Assembly: GCA_051362555.1 (NCBI GenBank)
Contig: CM120644.1
Span: forward strand, 6,022,954-6,086,953
DNA length: 64,000 nucleotides
Origin: Lingula anatina
Taxonomy: Eukaryota; Animalia; Brachiopoda
Direction of reading: 5' to 3'
Part shown: piece by piece, positions 51,074 to 63,613 of the stretch
How the letters are laid out: the number at the start of each line of letters is the position of its first letter
Numbering within the stretch: the stretch's first letter is position 1
Notes under the pieces: generated by a model
What the model was told of the DNA's origin: nothing
The model's input: only the letters and a program-made list of their open reading frames with translations
Database searches by the model: none
Position numbers and translations under genes: made by a program

Positions 51074-51950
51074 TATGTGAACTAACGACAGCAACTTGCC
51101 ACACTATTGTTGCAGTATGCCAGAATGGACAGAAGCAAACTGCTATTGCCAGACAGCTGCATGTGTCCCAGGGAGCAGTTTCTAACGTCTTACAGAAACA
51201 CGCCCAGACTGGTGCATTAACTCAGAGACCACGGCCAGGATGTCCTAAAGTCACCACCAGAAGGGAAGACCCCTTGCTTCTGTGGTTATGTCGCAACAAC
51301 CGGACAAAGCCAATTCTTGCTGAACAAAATGAGTGGCAAATTACCATTCAAAGAACTCTAGTGAATGCAAGCTAGCAACATGGTGGGCTAGACGCCATTT
51401 GCGGTTCCAGGCACAGCAGTGGGTTTATGTAGATTTTAACAGATGAGGCAGGGTTTGAGTTCCACCACCGGCTGAATCAGAGTCAGTAGGTTTCCAGACG
51501 AGTTACTGCACGAGGATTGTGTCACACTACAGTGACTTGTGGCCGTGGCAGTATCTGTGTATGGGCCGGTTTCCACTCTGGAGCCAAAACACTATTGGTG
51601 GCAATTGACGGAAACCTCAACCAGATAAAATACAGGGACATTTTAGAGAATACTTGCTTGCAATTTGCAAGAAGGTACTTCCAGGACAACTTCATCCTGC
51701 AAGATGACAATGCCCGACCACACCATGCCCATGCAATAACTGCTTTTCTGCAAAACCAAGAGGTAAACCAGTTGCCTTGGCTGACGAAATTCCCCTGACA
51801 TGAATTCTATAGAAAACCTGTGGGCATAAATCACTAGCAGAATCAAGAGCTTACCCGTCCACCCTACAAATCGGCACAAGTTAAGGCAAGCTCTGACTAA
51901 TGCGTGTAACACAATACTGGATCATACTCTCAGAAACCTCTCTGCATGGA
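51074..51950 (+). pseudogene. Tc1-family (DD34E) transposase pseudogene
   Basis: HTH QTAIARQLHVSQGAVSNVL, RPGCPKVTT (GRPR-like), TDE, VWAGF, QDDNARPH, frameshifted SPDMNSIENLW; stops and frameshifts are present. Confidence 0.9.
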
Positions 51951-52405
51951 ATGAGGGCTCTGGTTGAGGCTGCACGCATTGTTATCAGTTTCCATTTTTC
52001 ACATTTGTATTGATGATTCTTTTGTGTGAGAGAAAATCCTTACCAACTGATATTATTGATAATATCGAGTTCATAAGAATTTAATACCTCGTTATCAGCT
52101 ATAAAATTATCCATGCGCTGTTTATAACGCTGATTTGAATATTAAATTATAATTTAAATTATATTTTTGATTATGTATTCACACGGGTTGCCATATCTAA
52201 CACGATAACAAGTGTTTTTTCATCCATTACTAATATATGGGGAAAATTCAAAGAAAATATGTTTGAAAAAAATCCATTTTAAATGTGAAGTCTGTACATT
52301 GCATCACATGAATTACTGGATTCAGCAAATCCCTCCATTGCATTAATAAGGTAATCTTTTTTAAATCTAGGTAAAAAGGGCAGTTGTGTGATCCAATATG
52401 TTTAC

Positions 52406-52406
<1 letters not shown>

Positions 52407-52444
<38 letters not shown>

Positions 52445-52880
52445 CACTTCTTTAAAACCGCGCTACACATGCGTCTCAGCGCTGTTTACATAAAAAATAT
52501 AACTCCACAGATAAATTAAAGCCAGTATAGACTAAAAACAGAATACTTAAAAATTTTAAAAACTAAAAAGATGCTATAAATTAAGTATTCTTTAAATAAA
52601 AAAGTTTTTAAATTCTTCTTAAAACAGTAATATGAGTCATCCAGAGACACATTAGATCTTGTGATAAAATTAGACCATAAAATCGGTGCACAAATCTCGA
52701 AACTTCTGTGTCCATATGTCTTAAGAGTCTTTTTAGTGTCTTTTCGCTTAAGTTGAAGTTGTCCACTCAAATCGAAGTGATCTGATAGGAGTTAAAAGTT
52801 CTATGGTAGAGTTTAAGTAAAATGGACAGTCGCCCTTTAAAATCTTAAAAGTCAAAAGTAACATCCCAATGGCAGTGCAG
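52407..52880 (-). mobile_element. 5'-truncated LINE 3' end (L2/CR1-group) with (ATT)n tail
   Basis: LLLTFKILKG.CPFYL...RSLR...YGHRSFEICAPILWSN...FKKNLKTFLF RT C-terminus; 3' stem-loop agcgctgagacgcatgtgtagcgcg; microsatellite tail. Confidence 0.75.
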
Positions 52881-53628
52881 TATTTAATTGCAAAATTCAA
52901 TTCAGATTCAAATAATTGCTACAGTGTGACAGTGTAGCACTCATTGCTGATTTAATTATAGTGAAAATGTCTTAATCACTTTCCCTAACGCTGAAAACAT
53001 GGGTGTGGGCACTTCATATGTCATGTTTGCTTGCCTAGTTAACATAAAAGCAGTTCTGAAGGCAGGTTCTAACTATCAGCAGATTGACTTGTGTTTGACA
53101 GATACAGGGAAGAAACAATAGAAGATGCTACTCGGACAAGATTCACAAAGTCATTGCTACCCATAAGACAAGACATCTGATTTATCACATTCCCTGACCC
53201 TGAGAACATAGGTGTAGACACTTCATTTGTCATGTTTGCTTGCCTAGTTACAGAGATACAGAAGTAAAACAGTTTTTCAGCAATGGCGATCCTAATTTGC
53301 ATATTTAGGAAAATTGCGTAAGTCTAATTCTAACAGAAACATCTTAAAAATGTTCCTCGACCCTGAAAATATAGGTAAAGACACTTCATTTGTCATGTTC
53401 ACCTGTCTAGTCCCAGAGATATTGCAGAAAATAGGAAATCTGGCGGCCATTTTGTTTTTTTGCAAATTAGACCGTTAAAAACGCAAACTTTTGCTTGGGA
53501 ACCGGGTAAATCGGATTCAGCATCCCAAAATTATGCTAATAAGCCTGGTTCCCAACTTTTACCCCAAAATGCCCCTACTATTCATCTTTTGTGGAAATCC
53601 CACTAGACTATTAGAAAGTTTACATTAA

Positions 53629-53817
53629 GTGGCTTTACCACTACCCTCTACCAGGGCGACTGATATATTTTTACAGATATTCACAGATATTCATGTCTCT
53701 AGCTAGATAGATGGTCAAAATGAAGCCCAAAATGACCATCTATCTAGCTAGATACATATCTGTGAATATCTGTAAAAATGTATCAGTCGCCCTGGTAGAG
53801 GGTAGTGGTAAAGCCAC
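53629..53817. repeat. Long hairpin/foldback (about 85-bp arms)
   Basis: gtggctttaccactaccctctaccagggcgac...gtcgccctggtagagggtagtggtaaagccac, near-perfect inverted repeat. Confidence 0.85.
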
Positions 53818-54925
53818 CTCGTCATCCAGTACTGTTTTCATTTGCCTAAATTCGATTGTAATTTTTTTTGCCTCTGCTGAAACAAAAATTTTGGGTCACC
53901 AATAATTTTCTGCCCCCCCCCCCCCACCCCCCCATGCACAATATCCAAATGTGATACACTAAATTATATGCACTTATATATAGTACATGTACCAATAAGT
54001 TAACACTAAGAGCGTCCTTCGCGGCTATCTTTTCCTCTTGAAAGATATTCCCATGTATATTCTAGTATATTTTATTTAGTGTTATTATTGAGAAAAGGAC
54101 GGGTTTTCTATAACAGTATAAGAGGTACATGTAACTCGTCAGAGTGTCGTGAACATTAAGGCGTTTGACTCAATTCTACCAGTGTAATGTCACTGTGGCA
54201 TTGTATATATCCAGTTAAATAATCATGGCATGAATCGCACTTAGTGACCTAAGTTCAGCGGAGCTTCACCTGTATACCGAAGTTAATAAATAAGTCCTCT
54301 CCTGATACCCTAGGCTCTAGATTTCGGTATTGCCAGCTCAATCTTGATTTCATATATAACCCATATCAGCAATACCAGTAAAAGCGATCCCATCACAAGA
54401 TTTTTAACAAGCTAGCTTTTACTGTGCCCTGACACTCAGGGTATCTCCTGCGGGAAGGTCATCAAAATAGGAGAGTATTTTAGACAGTCGTAAATACGAC
54501 CCTTTAATCTATTTGTCATATACACTGTGCATGTAGGTGACTGCAGGTCATTTGTATCAGTTAAAATACATGGATACCAGAGTTTACAACGGGAAGAGAG
54601 AACAGTGAACATGCAGCCTATGTGGAACAAGTTTATAGCTGCCTCTATGGTGACAGACTTAATGCAAGAGAACGACAAAGGTCGTTCCGGAGTATGATCT
54701 GTCCGATCTGGATCCAAATTATAGCTGAAATAGATATTCTTCTGCGCAAGAAGGTAGTTTTAACCATGCGTTGTGAAGTTCGCATCATAAAAAGCATGTT
54801 CTAGCCTCTCTCCATGAGGTAGCTACCGAGGTATGGCAGAAAGTGATTGGAAGTCTCATTAGGACCGTCTGTTTCGTCACAAAAATGCACAGGTGTCTCT
54901 TTTCTAGGACAGGCAGCCACATTCC

Positions 54926-57225
54926 ATGACACCAGCTTCACCATACCGGAGTCGATCGAACATTAGTGGTAGAATGGTTTTCCTTAGCTATTTGCACGTT
55001 TTCCTGATGCCTTTACTGTTATCAGTGACCTGTGCCATCAGTCATAGCACTATTAACACAGTAGAAGTTGTGATAAACACAAAGCTAGGTCAACTACGGG
55101 GACAGACAGTTACGACAAACGACGGCAGTGACGTCACTCAGTTCTTGAGTGTGCCGTTCGCAAAACCCCCGCTAGAGGCACTACGGTTTGAACCTCCTCA
55201 GAAAGCAGATTGCTGGGCCGGTGTACTGGATGCAACGGAATTCGGACCAATGTGCGTGCAGGACTTAAGCCCCATGTTTGATGTAGTCTACACGAAAGAA
55301 TACATTAAGCTGCGCTTTCCACATAACAGAACTAGTGAAGACTGTCTAAGCCTCAATATTTTTATTCCAGGTCACATGACAGAAATTACCCAATCTCTTC
55401 CGGTCATGGTTTACGTTCATGGCGGTGCGTATGAATGGGGTACAGGGATGAATTTTGACGGTTCCATTTTAGCTTCTCGTGGAAAAGTAATCGTTGTAAC
55501 TTTCAACTATCGTCTTGGGCTGTTCGGATTTTTCACGACAGGCGTCGCTGAGAGTCCGGGAAACATGGCTCTTCTTGACCAAGTGGCGGCACTGGAGTGG
55601 GTCAGAGAAAATATCGAAACTTTTGGAGGTGATCCCTCTTCGGTGACGCTCTTTGGAAATTCAGCGGGTGGAGCGTCAATATCTCTTCTAGCTCTAAGTT
55701 CACTGTCTAGGGGATTATTTAATAGGGCTATTTTGCAAAGCGGGGTTTATCAGCTGGATTTGAATGCCGCGCCAAATCTCCCATTGTCCTCGGATTCGGT
55801 GGTACACCATAGTATAGAGATTGCCCATATGTTATGTGCTGATAGCAAGCGCCGTCTTACCGAGTGCATGAAACGTAAATCTGTCGCTGAGCTTCAACGT
55901 GCGTATCACGAGTGCAAAGAACAACATTTTGGCCCGATAGTGGCACCGCGCGTGGACGGGCACTTTCTGAAAAAAGAAGACCTCAAACCGGAACATTTGA
56001 GTGGTTTGCCGATCATGCTCGGAATCGTTAAAGATGAGAGTACCCTTTTTCTTGGCCTCATTGGCCAACTTAATAGGATGGTAGACCTTCCGACCATAGA
56101 TGCGTATGTCAAAACACAGTTTCCTGTCAATGTAAACCACATTCATGAAGTAATTTTATTTGAATATTTAGGTGGATTACAACACACCTCAGCGAAATTA
56201 CGTCGCGCGTATATCGATATACTCAACGATTACTTTTCACTTAGTAACCATATCAACTACACCGACGTCGCCTCTGGAGTTACGAACACGTATTTCTATT
56301 ATTTCAACCACAGACCGTCATTTTCCCATTGGCCAAATTTTTCAGGGGCGACTCACATGGACGAGTTGTACTTTGTGTTTGGAGATGTCATGGATACAGC
56401 GTTGTTTGGGGACATAAAGCCGAGTGAAGCCGAAAAGATACTAAGCAAACAAATAATGGATGCATGGACATCTTTTGCACGGGAAGGGTACGTATTGATT
56501 TTTTTTCCGGCGTGAGGTCTTTTTGATCATTATTTATTTTCTCGCCAAGATGAATTCTCATGAATTTACAGGCACTTGAATGTTTAGCTTCTTTAAACGT
56601 TGTTTGCAAAGAAATCTTTTGTGTAAGTTTTAGTGGTTAACATCTATATCGGATATATCAGCCCATATTCACGAGAGGTGAATTGCTTTTTAATCCCATA
56701 CATATGTAACATTCTTGCGCCGTTTATAAACACTACAGGGTTTGGTTCATATTGTTTTGAGGTAAAACATTAAAACATTCTTGGCGCATGCGTTTGTAAA
56801 CAAATATCAACAGACACAGGCCGTTAGAAATGTATGTTTAGGCCCACTCACCGTAAGTCAAACCTGCATCCGAACTGCCATCTAACTTGTTGGAAATAAA
56901 GCCTACTGTACAATCCACCGACTGCAAAACCAACAATTACAAACAAAACTGCCTGTTGAAGGTAATATGTGTAGCTTTCTCTCGTGCCACAACAATGGGA
57001 ATTAGCTTTTTTATCATATCCCAAATGGACTAAATATGCAATGTCTTCTTTCCCTTTAGAACCCCTACCAAGACAGGCAGATGGCCTCCGTACAACGTGA
57101 CAGACAGGTCATATCTGGAGTGGGAGACCTATGGGAGTAAAGTCGAGAAAGATTTAAGATGTCGGCAGCGACAGTTTTGGCTGGACCTGGTGTTTAAGAC
57201 CCTCATAAACTCGGACAATAAGTGA
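54926..57225 (+). CDS. Secreted type-B carboxylesterase / cholinesterase-like hydrolase (~575 aa); exons 54926-56487 and 57060-57225
   Basis: Hydrophobic signal after M17; PFAKPP..LRF, SEDCL, HGGAY, NYRLG, GN.ALLDQ, GNSAG (Ser), GIVKDE (Glu), GATHMDEL (His); phase-2 intron GG|gtacgt...tttag|A gives WTSFAREGTP...WPPY...FW. Confidence 0.93.
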
Positions 57226-58107
57226 AGTGCTTTTTCCTCCCCCAACCCCCAACAAAAATAATAATTAATTATTATTAATTTAGAAAACAAAATAATATTG
57301 TAAAAACCATAGAAGTAGAGAAAATGGAATGCCAACTTCAAATCTCGCAGGCCGAGCTTGTGACCCCGAGAGTTGGGCGAGAGTTGGGGAGTTTCACTTC
57401 CGGTTTCCATGCCGCTGCATTCAACTCACGCTCTACATGTTTCAATAACTACTGTTCATAGCGACTAGAGCTAGTTTTTACGATAATGTGATTTGCTATG
57501 GCGTAAACGGGAGTCTGGACATTCTAACTGCAGTTTTTATGGTGTGAAAACGGAATCATTAAAACCCAAAGCGCTTTATTTGGTGCGTGTGACAGAGTGT
57601 ATTACCGAAGTCGAAGATAACACGGAATATAATTTAGCAATGTAAGTAATAACTTTTGTATTTTAATACAATATTGTGTTTTTTAAGCGTAAATTTAAGG
57701 AGTGAGAGGCTCATTCATGATATGATCTGTCCTTGAATACAATGGTCGTCTGACGCCGATTGTTTTCCGTTTATCCCTCAAGTGTCCATGCACGGTCTTC
57801 GAGAAATCTGTGAACTAAATGTCGTTATCCAAGCTGTTAATAAAAGCACAGAATATTTATACATATAAATATTACATATTTAGTTGTCCCCTTTTCATTT
57901 TATGCATTTGTACAAGCAAAATACGAACATGTTTAATAAGAAAAAATGGAAATATCAAAGTCATACTTGGAGTTGTGCCATACCACCAGAGGATCATTGC
58001 AACACTAAACTAGATCAGTTATAGCTGGTTATTACTCCTGGAGATATAGCTTCAACATATAATTAAGATATACCTGACTTTGTAGGACTAATAATAATAA
58101 TAATTTA

Positions 58108-60562
58108 GGGTCAAAACACGGTAACGGTGCCATGGGTGTCAAATTTTTTTTTGTTTCATTGAAATTTAAAATTGTTACATTTTTGTAGAAAACAAATCAA
58201 ATTTTCAGATAATGTAAGTTTCATTGATATACTCCCAGTACTTTTTCTGTGAGCTACTGGGAAACATAAAGGAAAAAAAAATTGTCTCTGACGGGACACA
58301 TGGTCATGTTGGCCTGAGTCAGATATTAGGTTGTTTTTTCAAGTTTTTATCACCCAAATATGTTAAACTAATCAGAAGTAATAGTTTAACATAGAAAACT
58401 GCCGCCTATCACTTATTTTGAGTAAAAAATTATTTAGCACTAGGAGTGGTGTGTCCCGTCAGAGACATTTGACTTCAAAAAGTTTTCATATTTTCCACAT
58501 CTGGTAGGTTGTATAAATGAAACTTAAAATCCTCTTTTCAATAATGATAAGTAATGATTATAGCTAAAAATTACAAAATTAAAACAATTTACAGTGAATT
58601 TATTGCCACATTTTATCATTGTCTCTGACAGGACATTTTCTGTCTCTGACGGGACATTTTCTGACAGATGTGAAACACGAGGTTTTACATCTTCAATTGA
58701 ATCATTTTCAAATGTTCTGGTGTGTTACATTTCTTATTTTTCTTTTGCAACTGATCATTACTGGGTAATTCATTAACCATTACTGATTATTAGCTAGGTT
58801 GACTGTCAGTGATTAGGTGTTGACATTTGCCGTCAGAGATCATGTCAGAGCACTAGAACTGTGAGCAGGTCATTCTGTTCACTGTATGTGCATGATTTAG
58901 AAGAGAGTCTGAAGGAGACCTCCAGCTCCAACCATATTTTATGGTATCTGATGAACTGCATCATAACAAACAGCCCGTCTTCACTTGTAATAAGGCCATT
59001 CTTGAAGACCTCCAACACCAGCATTCATTCAGCAAAGTCCATTACTGGTCAGATGGAGCCCGAGCCCCCAGTCAATTCAAAAGTTGGTTTTTACTGTCTA
59101 AACATGGTACTATCATGAGGGAGATTTTGGTATGGAAGCTCAGTGGTACTTTTTATACCACTGCCCATGGCAAAGGACCAGTGGATGGGATCGTAGGGGA
59201 AATGAAACATCAGGTTTGGAGAGCAGTGCTCCAGAGAAAAATGGTTGTAGACACACCTTATCAATTCTATTTGACTGGCAAAGAATTATGCCCCAATGTC
59301 AACATAATGCACCAGTCTGCAGCAGATATTGTAGCAGCTACCGCGCCCATCAGCAGTCGCTGGGAAAACTGTCCATCTGTTCCAGGAATTCAACACTTCC
59401 AACAGCTTCAGCCCCAGACCCAGACCCGTGGACATGTTCTTGTGTCAACCAATTCTTTGTACCAGCAACCCTCTTAATATGCTAAACTTATTCATATGAC
59501 TGTGGACTTAGATTTGCCTGCACATCCGCACTATGACAATGTCGGTCAAGGCACAGCTCAGTCTCACCAGGGAGATTTTGTCATTGCGGAGTTTGCTGCC
59601 AGGAAAGGAGTACAACAATTCTTAGGTCAGGTCATCCATGACACTAAAGACGGCAAAGTGAAAGTCAGTTTCTTACGTACTGAAGGTTCTGGCAAAAGAA
59701 ACTTTGTGTACCCTGCCACAGAAGACAAAGCATGGATTCCCATAAAAGATGCAAAGGAAGTCCTTCCAATGCCTAGCATAGACACTCGTGGACTTAACTT
59801 GTTTCCATCACCTGTTAAGGTGACTGGTTGAAAAAATCTCTAAAGTGCAGAAAAGATATGTGTTCTAAGACTAATTAAAAAACAGGAATTATTATGTGAA
59901 CTATCATGGACAATGTTGATTGATATTGAGAAATAGCAGTAATGGACAGTGGATTACATGAAAATTATACTGTGCCTTATCGCTGTGTCATGATAATTAA
60001 TTAATGTTCTAAACATATTGCATCTGGTGATTTTTCTAATGTACAGAAATGCTATTTTGCAATAACCATCAAGTAAGATTCATTGGATACAAAAATGTGT
60101 CTTTTTAAACCTCTTTTCTAAGATTTTTCAATAGTGCCCAAAAGTGTCCCGTCAGAGACGTCCCGTCAGAGACAGTGACTTTTTACACTTAACAGCCTAT
60201 GCTGCCAAGGAAAGTAAACAAAACTGGCCTGTTTGTGCATTAACTGCTTCCCAAGACTTGTACCTTGCAATATGAATCACAAAAGTCTTGGTTAAATGAA
60301 ATTTCAAAGAGAATTTTGCATTGGAGTTTTAGTAAAAAAATACAGGGGTCAAAAATGTCCCGTCAGAGACAGACCTTTAAGTGATTGTCATTCCCACATT
60401 AATTTCAATACAAATTAGCTGCTTGTTTTACATAATCCTTTATGGTCTAGCTAAATAAAAATGTATTTAAAAGTAACCATGTGGATCGTTTACCAACTGT
60501 AATTTTTAAAATTGTCTCTAAAATGTCCCGTCAGAGACATTTCAAATACCGTGTTTTGACCC
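58108..60562 (+). mobile_element. Sola2-type DNA transposon (internally deleted)
   Basis: TIR gggtcaaaacacggta / taccgtgttttgaccc; 4-bp TSD TTTA on both sides; GRG..CYC termini; repeated subterminal motif tgtcccgtcagagac. Confidence 0.85.
58941..59831 (+). pseudogene. Sola2-like transposase C-terminal remnant
   Basis: VSDELHHNK, HYWSDG..SQFK, FYTTAHGKGPVDGIVGEMK; the following ORF (GDFVIAEF..FLGQV..VSFL..FVYP..EDKAWI) resembles the usual tail. Confidence 0.75.
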
Positions 60563-60935
60563 TTTATTAGAAATGTAAATTTTTATTCTGTTCTTTTCAA
60601 GGGTGTCAAGAAGGAGTTTCTGTTGTGTTATTCTATGCAGTGCCTCTTCACAGAAGTGCAAGGGTCTTTCTTTCCACAGCTTGCCTAAGGTAAAATTGAA
60701 GCAACACAAAATAATAATCAAGCAAACCATTTTATTATTATCTCTTTTGCACCTTTTCACAGTTGAATAACTTACTTCTTTCACAATAATTATATATAAA
60801 ACGACAATTTATTAAATCTCATAATGTTCAATATTTTACACCTTCATATGCCAGCTTTTGATTCCACAAAGAAACTCCCATTTCTAAGGCGAGTACAAGA
60901 ATTAAGGTGGTACATGTAACTTTTCATATCCACAG

Positions 60936-61060
60936 GAGTGTCTGAGGTTTCAGACAAATGGAGAAGTCAGCTGATCCACTGCATCAACAGATGTGACAGC
61001 TACTTCAATCCTGAGAAAGTCAAGATCTGTTCCAGTTATTTTGAAGCACTGTTTCATTAA
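60936..61060 (+). pseudogene. THAP-domain exon remnant
   Basis: WRSQLIHCINRCDSYFNPEKVKICSSYFE resembles the THAP C-half (W...INR...ICSxHF) with the His lost; it is bounded by cag| and |gtatgt. Confidence 0.55.
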
Positions 61061-61975
61061 ATGTATGTGTACATTCAGGCTGTATAATTGGGGGATGAAT
61101 ATTATCTCATGAAAGTTTATTGAACTCGATTGAAATGAATTAACATCCCTTTCACCTCCGTATTACAACTTAAATTCAACATTGCTGTTTGCTTACCAAA
61201 TGAGGACTTATGTCTCGGTTTCAAAGCTTTATTTTTTACATCAGACATTTAGCAGTGCACACATGTATGGTGAAAATGATTGTAGTTACATACAAATTGA
61301 GACTATCCTTACTTTAAAATAGAAATCTATAAATTAAGAAATGTGCATAATAAGGGCAGAATTTGTACATTTAGCATGTTATGTAGAACTAAAATGGCAG
61401 TCTGGAATAACAGAATTAGAGCATTGGAAAAATGTATCTGTATAGGAAATTTTTTCCTAAATTTTTTTCATTTCCATCAACATAGGCTGCATTTGTAGTG
61501 ATAGATGCAAGTATGCCTTGTGACTTAGCAGCCTGCAATGTCTGCTTCTGGCTGTGTACTTTTATCTCCGAGTTGACTCAGTTTTTCCCTGTTATCACTT
61601 CCCCTTCATCTATGTTTCAGTTTGCTGACTACAAAAACCACCAATCATTATAGTGTGTGATGTCTACCTCTGTCCGTTTGATGGAATCGACAACATTTTC
61701 TGCACTAGTAGGGCTGATGAAATGTGCATCCAGGACTTAACTGAAGATCTCAACTGCCAACCAGACTGCTGTAATGTCTTGTATGCTGGTTGTAGCATTG
61801 AAGATAGCTGACTGGGATGCCTCTCTGTTCAGCCTGGAGACCTTGGACTTCTTTACCAAACAGGGAGATATATATTGTCCCAAAAGGTTGCAGAAACCTG
61901 AAACTAAATTAGAACTGTATGCTAGTGATGCACGTTTTTTAAAAGTACTAATGGCAGAGTACAACTAATTATGTC

Positions 61976-63613
61976 CAGTGATTGCGAAAGCCGTCGGACC
62001 ACGGCCATATGCCGGCAAAAGTTCTGTGGGCTGGAAAACCCTTTTAACTCATCGGCCCACATGTCCGACGGACTAAAGTCGGTTTCTTTAACAGACACCT
62101 CGCCTCATATTTGAATTTATCGTAAAGCTCTAAGTACGCACTATTCGCAAGTAAAACTTTAACTTGCGCCATACTGGCGCGTTTTGTAATAAAGGTCTAC
62201 GTACATTATGATGTCGCTTGAAGTGTGCGTAGCGATGGTGTGAGGGCTGACATGTGACCCGTTTCACAAAAAAATGTATCGAAACTGAAACAACTACAGG
62301 TCAATGAAAAACGTACTGCTCAAGACTCTGAAAACAGGCCGCTCAAACTGCTTACGACTGGCCACGCGTGGACCTCTGAGAACACCTAACTACACGTGCT
62401 GGGTAAACAAGTATGGCTTCCGTCGGACTGCATGTTGAGTAAACGATAAGTGAAAAGGAGAAATATTCATTTGCTTTTTAGATGGGTGCTCTTAACTAAT
62501 TTTAACGGATATTTTAAGTCATATTGCGCCTTTAGCGGTCAAAATGAGGGACAACATCATTTTCCATGCGGAAAATCCGCAATGGCACAGTCAGGGTGCA
62601 AAACTGTCCATTACAGTATATTCATCTAAACTTTAGTCTTAGATATTGAATAAAAATTCTTTTCAGACTCTGGCCCGTAGCCAGGGATGGTTCAGGGGTT
62701 TCGAAAGAACCGCCTCTTATGCTGACAAAAGGTCCACTCTTGGTAAAATTTGATCTAGGTACATGGCGTTTTTATGGAAAAAGACCCTCCCCCCCCTTTT
62801 AAAATTGCTGGCTACGGGCCTGCTATGAGAGCAATAGCTTTATTTTACAATAAAAATGGGATTTGTCTACCTTTTCCATGTAGTGCAATTATTTGGCATA
62901 GTGCAATTATCAATTCTGAAGATTTTTCCATTAAGTACTGTACAATTTTTCAGACAGTATGTTTATTTTGGAAGATTTTTCCACACACTACAATTATTTA
63001 GGACTTCAGATGTAGCATTAAGCCTTTTTTTCATTGATTTTAATCATATAAAAAATATTGAAATACAATGAATTTTCTTTAAATAATTCACGGCACACAT
63101 TTTTAAAAAATAGCACACTTTTTTTGACCAAGTGGGCCAAAATGGCCCGACCAGATTTTGACCCAGGACAATCCCTGCTAACAGACAAGCATTTTTCCAA
63201 GAGTGAAAATCTAAAAAACGTTACAAAAGTTGGAAGCTCCACTTCACTATGACTTATGTTTTAATTTAAGTCAAAAATTGGAATAAAATTTACAAAGGAT
63301 ACATGATCTTGTGTTAAAAGATTAGAAATTAAGATAGGCAACCCAGATGTAAAAAGGATAAAACTTAAATGCCAGAAAGCAACCAAAATGAAAGACGTTT
63401 AAACTTAAACCTTTAAACATCCTATTACATCTGGCCTGAAAATTAAAAAGCAACGATTTAAAATGCCAGACAATAATATTCATCAAAAATGAAGTGAAAA
63501 TATACAGCTTGATTATTTTGTTGTGGGCCGGTAAAAAAAGGTGTGGGCTGACAAAATTTAATTTGCTCCAGCCCACATGTCTGGTAAGTTTTCAATCTCT
63601 TTCGCAATCACTG
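61976..63613. mobile_element. Non-autonomous hAT-like element with 6-bp TSD
   Basis: 15-bp perfect TIR cagtgattgcgaaag / ctttcgcaatcactg; TATGTC duplicated on both sides; subterminal gtgggc/gcccac repeats. Confidence 0.8.
62670..62822. mobile_element. Small nested MITE
   Basis: TIR ggcccgtagccag / ctggctacgggcc; no clear TSD. Confidence 0.55.

Larger units (their letters stand above)
50006..53610. mobile_element. Non-autonomous long-TIR DNA transposon, Academ-like
   Basis: Termini TAGTCTAGTG...CACTAGACTA; inverted repeats ~50046-50578 vs ~53050-53577; 3-bp TTA TSD shown by the empty site ggtatgctttagaaagttt in sister array units. TAG..CTA ends with a 3-4 bp TSD fit Academ (family call is an inference). 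Confidence 0.75.

Noticed and set aside
50323-53302. Two near-identical ORFs (MQIRIAI...) on opposite strands
   Set aside because: They are chance frames inside the two TIRs of the 50006-53610 element.
55832-56609. Several overlapping antisense or alternate-frame ORFs
   Set aside because: Shadows of the carboxylesterase exon.
58283-60540. Repeated 15-mer as a CRISPR-like array
   Set aside because: Irregular spacing, mixed orientation, located inside a TIR transposon, eukaryotic context and no cas genes.
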